DNA of 64,000 nucleotides from Hormiphora californensis. Taxonomy: Eukaryota; Animalia; Ctenophora. Within the stretch, counting starts at the first letter, position 1. The number at the start of each line of letters is the position of its first letter. The position numbers and the translations under genes are program-made. The stretch spans positions 7,130,001 through 7,194,000 of the forward strand of contig CM035358.1 of NCBI GenBank assembly GCA_020137815.1, read 5' to 3'. Under the pieces are notes generated by a model. The model was not told the DNA's origin. It did no database searches and saw only the letters and a program-made list of their open reading frames with translations. Shown one piece after another: positions 58,401 to 64,000 of this stretch.

Positions 58401-60871
58401 AGATAAGGGTGAGTCTTTTTAGGAATCGTGATCGGAAAAGATGAGGGTGAGTCTTTTTAGGAATCGTGATCGGAAAAGATAAGGGTGAGTCTTTTTAGGA
58501 ATCGTGATCGGAAAAGATGAGGGTGAGTCTTTTTAGGAATCGTGATCGGAAAAGATGAGGGTGAGTCTTTTTAGGAATCGTGATCGGAAAAGATGAGGGT
58601 GAGTCTTTTTAGGAATCGTGATCGGAAAAGACGAGGGTGAGTCTTTTTAGGAATCGTGATCGGAAAAGATAAGGGTGAGTCTTTTTAGGAATCGTGATCG
58701 GAAAAGATAAGGGTGAGTCTTTTTAGGAATCGTGATCGGAAAAGATAAGGGTGAGTCTTTTTAGGAATCGTGATCGGAAAAGATGAGGGTGAGTCTTTTT
58801 AGGAATCGTGATCGGCAAAGATGAGGGTGAGTCTTTTTAGGAATCGTGATCGGAAAAGATGAGGGTGAATTTTTTTAGGAATCAGCTACTATCGGGCATA
58901 TATGAGGTATAAACTCTTGCCAGTGGCGCGTTATTTCAGATACCTTTCTCCCAGCGCGCCGCTGGGAGAAGGTAGCTGTAGTTTATCCGCCACTGGCGGA
59001 TAAACTGGTTTAAATCACGACGACGATCCCGAGGCGTAGCCGAGGGAGAGGCGGAGGGGTTTAAACCTATAACGCGTCTGTGGCAAGAGTTTATAGGTTA
59101 TATACCCTGCTTTAGTTGTTTGTTACAAGTATTACACACTAACAAGAGAGAGAACACTAATCAAAACACACAAAGAGAACTGAGAAACAGTCAAAAACAT
59201 CTCTCAATTGAGTGTACATTGTTTGGTAACAGTTACTAAGGAGAGAGAGAAAGAAATAACAAGATATGGGGCATGCCAGACATAACACAGAGGAATTGAG
59301 ATAGTGAAACAAAAGGGAAGATAAAGAGAGAGTAATTGACGGAATGTGTTGTTTCTTTCTCTCCAATTTAGTGTGTAACTCTTCCAAACAGTGTCCCCTC
59401 TGTATTTCAGTAAGAACTGATCATTTACACACACTTTGAATGTAACATAGGAGTTAAAAATAAATAACCTGCCAGTGGGAAATAATCTGCCGCTGGACTG
59501 GCTGGTTATCGAGAGCGCGCTAGTGGGACTTCTCGCAACTGGCGCATTATTTAAGTTAGCAGGGTATATATTTGGATATATATTTGGATGATCGTTTTGG
59601 CTGCTTGTAATGAGAAAAATAGTATTCAGTTGTTTCTATGAAATACCGTAAGAAGACGCCTGACCAATCACAGCCTGACCAACCACAGCCTGACCAATCA
59701 CAGCCTTAGATATATATAGTACATAACGTTCTGCACGCAGTGCAAGCGCGCCATATACGCTCTGCACTGCAGAGCGTATATGGAGGTGAAATGCACGACA
59801 GCGCAGCTGGAGTGCATTTCACACCTATATTGCACGAGTGTAACGAGTGCGATATAGGAACGCTTGCACATGCCGTGCAGGACGTTATTGAGTATATATT
59901 CCGCGAGAAAGCACATGATAAGCAAAACAATCATAATTTTGGGTTATTACACACAGAGAGATGTGACAAAACAAGGTACAAACTAAGCAAAACTACACAA
60001 AAATACACTTCTACACCTGTTACACACAAGGGAACTCGTTCTGTTAGTTTTAATTAGTGAAAAGAAGAGAGAGATAAAGAGAGAGATACGAGAGAGGGAG
60101 ATTGGAATTCTTGGAAATAGTGAACAACAAAACATGATAAGGGGATAATTAGTGAGAGAAAGAGGGAGAGTGAGTGTAGTTTGACAGACTTTGTGTCGCT
60201 TGGCACTGTGTCAGTCATATTCTGTGTGTTTGTGTGTGAATAAGGTGTAAAAACACTGAGGGGACACTGTTCTTACTTATATCCCGCTACCCCTATATCT
60301 GCACGCTCCCGCGGAAGCAGAGTGCATATTTCACCGTGCAAATGGTCGCGCGGAGCGGGAGTGATATGTGCACTCGCGGTATATATATCGTGTTAAACAA
60401 TTGTTACTTTCGTAACCCTCGCTTCGCACCGGGTCGCGTAATCTAGTTGTTTTATAGTTGCAACTAAACACGTGAACTTTATCAGTTTAGTACCCGTGCG
60501 CTACCCAAACGGCCTGCGTCTGTGTACCGTTTGTATGTACAAGCGCCACTTGGTTGGATTTCACATCCACTACTTTTACAGATATTTGTGGTGATAAACT
60601 GGGCCTGATCTTTGGATTTGGAACTCTCCTGGTATGCTGGGTTCTAGTTACCCTGGAGAAGTACAGGCACACAAGAAGGTGGTTGTGTACTATCTGTACT
60701 GCCTGCTGCTACGTGTTCATTGAGATCTCACTGAGCAGCTACACTCCTACCTGCGCTGTAGAGGCTGGATTTATCGAGGGAAGCATGTACAAGTACCTGT
60801 CTCTCGTCCAGGCTGGTGTCTGCCTTACCTTCGGAATCATATACAGTCTCATCTTTTGTGGACAGATGTAA
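55481..60871 (+). CDS. Orphan multi-pass membrane protein B, ~146 aa; exons 55481-55631 and 60582-60871
   Basis: MARYAKVSDANRERFNGLAAWFPNPLALVMAIFVCAAVWRIMGIVIGKDE|DICGDKLGLIFGFGTLLVCWVLVTLEKYR…; phase-1 junction; acceptor gacag 3 nt before the ATG. Confidence 0.72.
55608..58883 (+). repeat. 38-bp tandem array (~85-90 units): gaatcgtgatcggaaaagatgagg|gtgagtctttttag
   Basis: Period 38, with some 32-bp variants; the unit spans the exon 1/intron 1 boundary of membrane protein B. Confidence 0.97.
58900..59570. mobile_element. Non-autonomous element with two adjacent inverted-repeat pairs (Crypton-like?)
   Basis: tataaactcttgcca (58908) / tggcaagagtttata (59081); tatataccctgct (59099) / agcagggtatata (59558); internal hairpins. 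Confidence 0.55.
59710..60388. mobile_element. Second element with the same double-IR architecture
   Basis: ataacgttctgcacg (59723) / cgtgcaggacgttat (59874); tatatattccgcgag (59893) / ctcgcggtatatata (60373). Confidence 0.55.
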
Positions 60872-61419
60872 GAGTGGTTCATTTTGAATGAGAAGTTGTT
60901 ATGATTAGTTTTTGGGATTAATTGTTTGTCGAAAAAGTGTATCATTTTGTTAGTTTAGTCTTTATAAACAAACTTCTACCCACTAAATGTAATCAGTTAT
61001 TTGGACACGTGGTTACCACAATTATGTGCGCTAAAATTACCCCGACTTATGTGCAAAACCAAAGACGTGAATATAAGAAGTTTTATTTACATATTAGTAA
61101 GTATGTAATGCTGGATAAAACTTCTTCTTCTTCTTGTGCGAGACCCCAAAGAATGCTGGATAAATATAATATCTCCAAGTACAAACATATCCCCAACTTC
61201 CTGGAGAGTTCCACCTCAACAAATGTAAAATGTTCAGTAACATATGATCAGTAACATCACTGTATTGTTTCACTCTGATGAAAGTCCACTGAGAAATATG
61301 TTCATCTTGAAGCCCAGGTCGGAACCCTCTGAAGTCAGAGAGTTCCTTCTTTGTAGCTTCGCCAGGCTTCTCTCTGGTAGGTTGGGCGTCGACTGAAACG
61401 TAGCATTTTAGGAAGCATA

Positions 61420-61615
61420 TGGTAACATGGCTTTTGTTCACTGTAATATTGTTCTTTGTAACATAACATTGTTCTAACATTGTTCTAACATGGTTCATAA
61501 TTGTAACATTGTTCAATGGCATTTTGTAACATTGTTCAATGGAATTTTGTTCTTTGTAACATTGTTCACTGTAATATTGTTCTTTGTAACATTGTAACAA
61601 TGGCATTTTGTAACA
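61420..61615. repeat. Short tandem repeat (ttgtaacattgttc)
   Basis: Direct. Confidence 0.8.
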
Positions 61616-61965
61616 AAGGGGCTGATGTTTCTAGAATAATGTTGTTCTGTAGACACTGAGACACAGATGAAGAGGGAAAGAATTAGAGCTTCATATGTGT
61701 TAGCATGTATGTACGTTTACATGTGCTGCGTTACAATATAGCGTTTAACAATAGAAATCTTCACAAACCGCAATCCCATGACATGCAGAGGGTTTCGTAG
61801 ATAGAGAGGTGGGTTTGTAAGAAATATCAGAGATAGAATATAGCACTATTTAGAACGCTAAAAGTTGGAGTTTATTGAAGTTATGAACAAAACAAAAGGG
61901 TTTTCAGTTGGTGATCTGTGGATAGGAACTGCATTCAGTTAATACCCTGTGGCCTGGAACCGCAG

Positions 61966-63330
61966 TCAGTTGATGGCGGGTGGGCAGGATCTCTTCCGGA
62001 GTCGAACAAGGTTTGCAATGTATTCCTCTTCTTCGGAGGACAGAAAGGAGGACTCAGGTGAAAAGATAGGCTCAGCAGCTGCACACTCATTACGTGTTAT
62101 GTAAACAGGGGGAGAGATTTGCAGGCTTTCACTCAACTGAAATTCGGCTTTGTTACACAATATGCTTCACAACATGGTACGCTTAAAAAGTAATATTATC
62201 ATACATATAGACTGGTGACATAACAAATAACTTACCATAACAAATAAAGAGTTAAGACTGAATGACATCATAACTTACCAGTGACGTCAATGCAGTGGAT
62301 GGTATGTTAAGATGCTCCTTTTTTGGAGGGCTCACTAGTGGAGGCAGTGAAATCTTGGACTCTCCCCGTTTCATAGGGAATTTCACCATCCCACTCTCTT
62401 TTGATGCAATACGCAGCAATCTCTTCCCGTGCTCTTCAGCGTTAGATTCATCTCTCCTTTGTGACACAGTTTTGGTAGGTAGGTTCATCGCTTTCTGGAA
62501 GTCTTCTATCGAGGCCTGTCTGGTTGTGTGGCCGTTAGTAATGGCCGGCAAACTGAACTCCTTCTTCGCAGGTTCCTCATCCTCTGTTATCTTCCCAAGG
62601 ATATCCAGGAATATGTTTGAAGACCTCTTGGATTTGTGATCCAACTTCCTGTTCATTCTCTTGATGCGTTTAGCAAGTTCAGGAATGAGGGGCATCATCG
62701 GAGCGTTCTTGGGCGGCTTTACAACCACATCACCCAGACTTCCTGAAGAGAGAGGGGTTTGTGATGATGAGTTTTAGGAATAAAGGGCGTTATGCCTCAG
62801 CTGCCGATATGCCGGCACCACTAGTGGCGGGCAAACAAGTCAGTATAGGAATAACGCCCTGCCACCGAGTCTATCACAAAACTCACGGCGTTTTTTGACG
62901 ACATTTATCCAGTTATCCTGCAGGGATAGTTTCTTCCTGTGAAGTTGTTCTAGCTGCTGATTGAATTCCATACGTTTTGCTTGTAGATTCTCCTGGTCAT
63001 CTCGTAGGAACGAAGAACGGGTGAGGGCTGAGAGGATAGAGACTATAAGTTAGCTGGGAGGATGGGGATATATTAAAACAACTATAGAGACTATAAATTA
63101 GCTGCGTTTTAGCAAACAACGATAAGTCGATTAAAGTGTCATGTTATGATCTACAAACTGGACTGAGTGTGGTAAATCTAAATGCACCTACACGCATAAG
63201 ATCCAATGAGGGCGATCTCCTCCTCCACTCGTAACTCCCTGTGTTTTATCGCCTTGGTCAACTGTCGGTGAGCGTTCATTAGCTCATCATATGTCAAACC
63301 ACGGAAAAATTTCTGCTGATCTTCCTCCAT
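61966..63330 (-). CDS. Uncharacterised coiled-coil/disordered protein, ~304 aa; exons 63330-63192, 63027-62887, 62742-62279, 62136-61966
   Basis: MEEDQQKFFRGLTYDELMNAHRQLTKAIKHRELRVEEEI…; GT-AG introns with consistent phases. No recognised domain. Confidence 0.65.
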
Positions 63331-64000
63331 GATACTTCCCACAAAACAACAAACTAGATAACACTACGAACTATTATATATAGTTATATATGTTATATAT
63401 AACGTACTGATACAAATACTACAAAGTATGATCTAGAGCTCTGGCCTCATCTCACACACAAGTGTGTGGGTGGTGGTAACTATTTAAATGCGCCCTCTGT
63501 GTTATACCCTCTCGTGTGCTGGCCCCCTCCCCCTCCCTCATGTTCTGGCCCCCTCCCTCCCTCCCTTCCTCCCTCTGGTAGAGATTAGTGGTGTGTTCTT
63601 ACCACAGCGACAAGCACAGAATTAACATGTTGCACGTTAAATAGAGGCTGCCGCCCCAGAAATGGTGGGTATGAAATTAATATTTTCATGTAAATGGTAT
63701 GTTGATAAGTGTGGGAAACTAGTTGAGAACGTAGCGCCTTGGATTTCCATGGTCAATTTCAATCAAGCAATGCACTTAAGCAATGCACTTAAGCAATGCC
63801 TTGATGTTGTTCATGTTAGTTAATCATTCAGTGTATTATCGGTTATCATACCTTGAAAATTTCATTATTTTCAGCCATCTCTCTGCGATTGAATAGTTTT
63901 GGAATTTCTCTCTTCCCAGTGGGAAGGGGGAGGCTTGTTGAAAAGATCGGTCTAAAACCGTTGTTTTCCTTTTTGCCCTTTACAGACACTCTCCGTTCCA

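Noticed and set aside
55608-58883. CRISPR array
   Set aside because: The units are contiguous with no unique spacers, no cas genes are present, and the context is eukaryotic.

Overview
Eukaryotic (animal) genomic DNA with short GT-AG introns, abundant (GA/CT)n microsatellites and dense nested transposons. It is probably a ctenophore such as Pleurobrachia; this is an inference from gene compactness and a MITE I recall from such gene models, not a verified result. Genes reconstructed exon by exon: ENKD1 (+, with four tandem motif-bearing exons); a tightly packed seven-gene minus-strand cluster RPL38-RPL35-RPL41-RRP9-RPL41-RPLP1-NDC1 (10966-18670), in which every ATG lies 2-18 nt behind a 3' splice acceptor, consistent with an SL-trans-spliced ribosome/ribosome-biogenesis operon; two pairs of orphan membrane-protein paralogs; and an unknown coiled-coil gene. 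Mobile DNA: a 3.9-kb foldback element; an RTEX-like LINE whose ORF1 appears to carry a degenerate AlkB-fold plus an SGNH domain, interrupted by an intact CR1-like LINE with an NPGP (2A-like) motif; a non-autonomous LTR element whose LTRs contain reiterated primer-binding sites; LINE fragments; and many MITEs. The most unusual signals are the operon and tandem amplification of splice signals, notably a ~3.3-kb array of 38-bp units, each a frame-preserving 24-nt micro-exon flanked by acceptor and donor.
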